Part shown: one piece after another, positions 24,367 to 24,777 of the stretch
How the letters are laid out: each line of letters begins with the position of its first letter
Numbering within the stretch: the first letter of the stretch is position 1
Virus record (IMG/VR): IMGVR_UViG_3300032225_000166
Span: 1-24,777 of that record
DNA from: a virus
Taxonomy: Duplodnaviria; Caudoviricetes
Direction: 5' to 3' (one strand)
Length of the DNA stretch: 24,777 nucleotides
Translations under genes and position numbers: made by a program
The notes under the pieces: generated by a model
Told to the model about the DNA's origin: nothing
The model's database searches: none
Seen by the model: the letters and a program-made list of their open reading frames with translations, nothing else

Positions 24367-24777
24367 ATGTCTATAAAAGTTTCCACGGAAGACTTTATTT
24401 CCGCGTGGAAAATTGCTGGTTCCCCAAAGTTAGTAGCTGACATGCTAGGGCTAAGCATGCGGGCAACGTTGGGTAGGCGACAACGGCTTATGCAGTTGGG
24501 GCATCATTTACCTAGCTTTAACGCCAAAAGGGCGGGCGGGGGTATAAACGCTGAAAAACACAAACGCAACCTAAAGTTAGCAGCAGTACGCGCTAAGTAT
24601 CTCCAAAAGGAAATGCACCTACCTATTAAAAACGGAATCGTAATAGTTTTTTCGGACGCTCATTATTGGCCCGGTGAACCCACGGTTGCCCATCGCGCAT
24701 TGGTTACCATATGCAAACAGCATAGGCCCGCGTTAGTAATAGCAAATGGGGACATTTTTGACGGCGCGGCTATTAGC
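24367..24777 (+). CDS. Calcineurin-like metallophosphoesterase with N-terminal HTH-like region (3'-truncated by the window; absent from the ORF track)
   Basis: Open from ATG 24367 to the end: MSIKVSTEDFISAW...VADMLGLSMRA...IVIVFSDAHYWPG (DxH)...VIANGDIFDG (GDxxD). Confidence 0.88.
   Translation, partial: MSIKVSTEDFISAWKIAGSPKLVADMLGLSMRATLGRRQRLMQLGHHLPSFNAKRAGGGINAEKHKRNLKLAAVRAKYLQKEMHLPIKNGIVIVFSDAHYWPGEPTVAHRALVTICKQHRPALVIANGDIFDGAAIS

Noticed and set aside
1-24777. Stop-codon reassignment
   Set aside because: TAA, TGA and TAG all terminate genes at sensible boundaries, and core genes are full length under the standard code.

Overview
A contiguous, entirely plus-strand morphogenesis and lysis operon of a tailed dsDNA bacteriophage (Caudoviricetes). 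It is probably podovirus-like: it has a P22-type long portal, and no tape measure, tail tube or sheath gene is visible in the window. Gene order: a 21-bp tandem repeat and palindrome-rich control region (1-630); a minimal C5 DNA-methyltransferase-like gene; putative TerS; TerL; an inserted 612-aa mosaic protein with an ADP-ribosyltransferase-like domain; portal; GroES; scaffold; head accessory proteins; a Mu-gpT-like major capsid followed by a hairpin and a multi-pseudoknot RNA matching the described Mu-gpT-DE motif; a fibre/lectin protein; a cluster of tiny basic Lys/Gly/Met-rich proteins; a beta-helix tailspike; head-tail adaptors; tail proteins; holin plus M15 endolysin; an HExxH protein; and a truncated metallophosphoesterase. 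The most notable signals are (i) a short [YHM]-[AKR]-x-G-G peptide motif shared by otherwise unrelated proteins, including the ART-like protein, which may be a capsid-loading tag, (ii) the pseudoknotted RNA abutting the next ribosome-binding site, and (iii) the left-end repeat, whose variation is entirely synonymous in a frame the ORF track missed. All family assignments are from motif recognition by eye; no searches were run.
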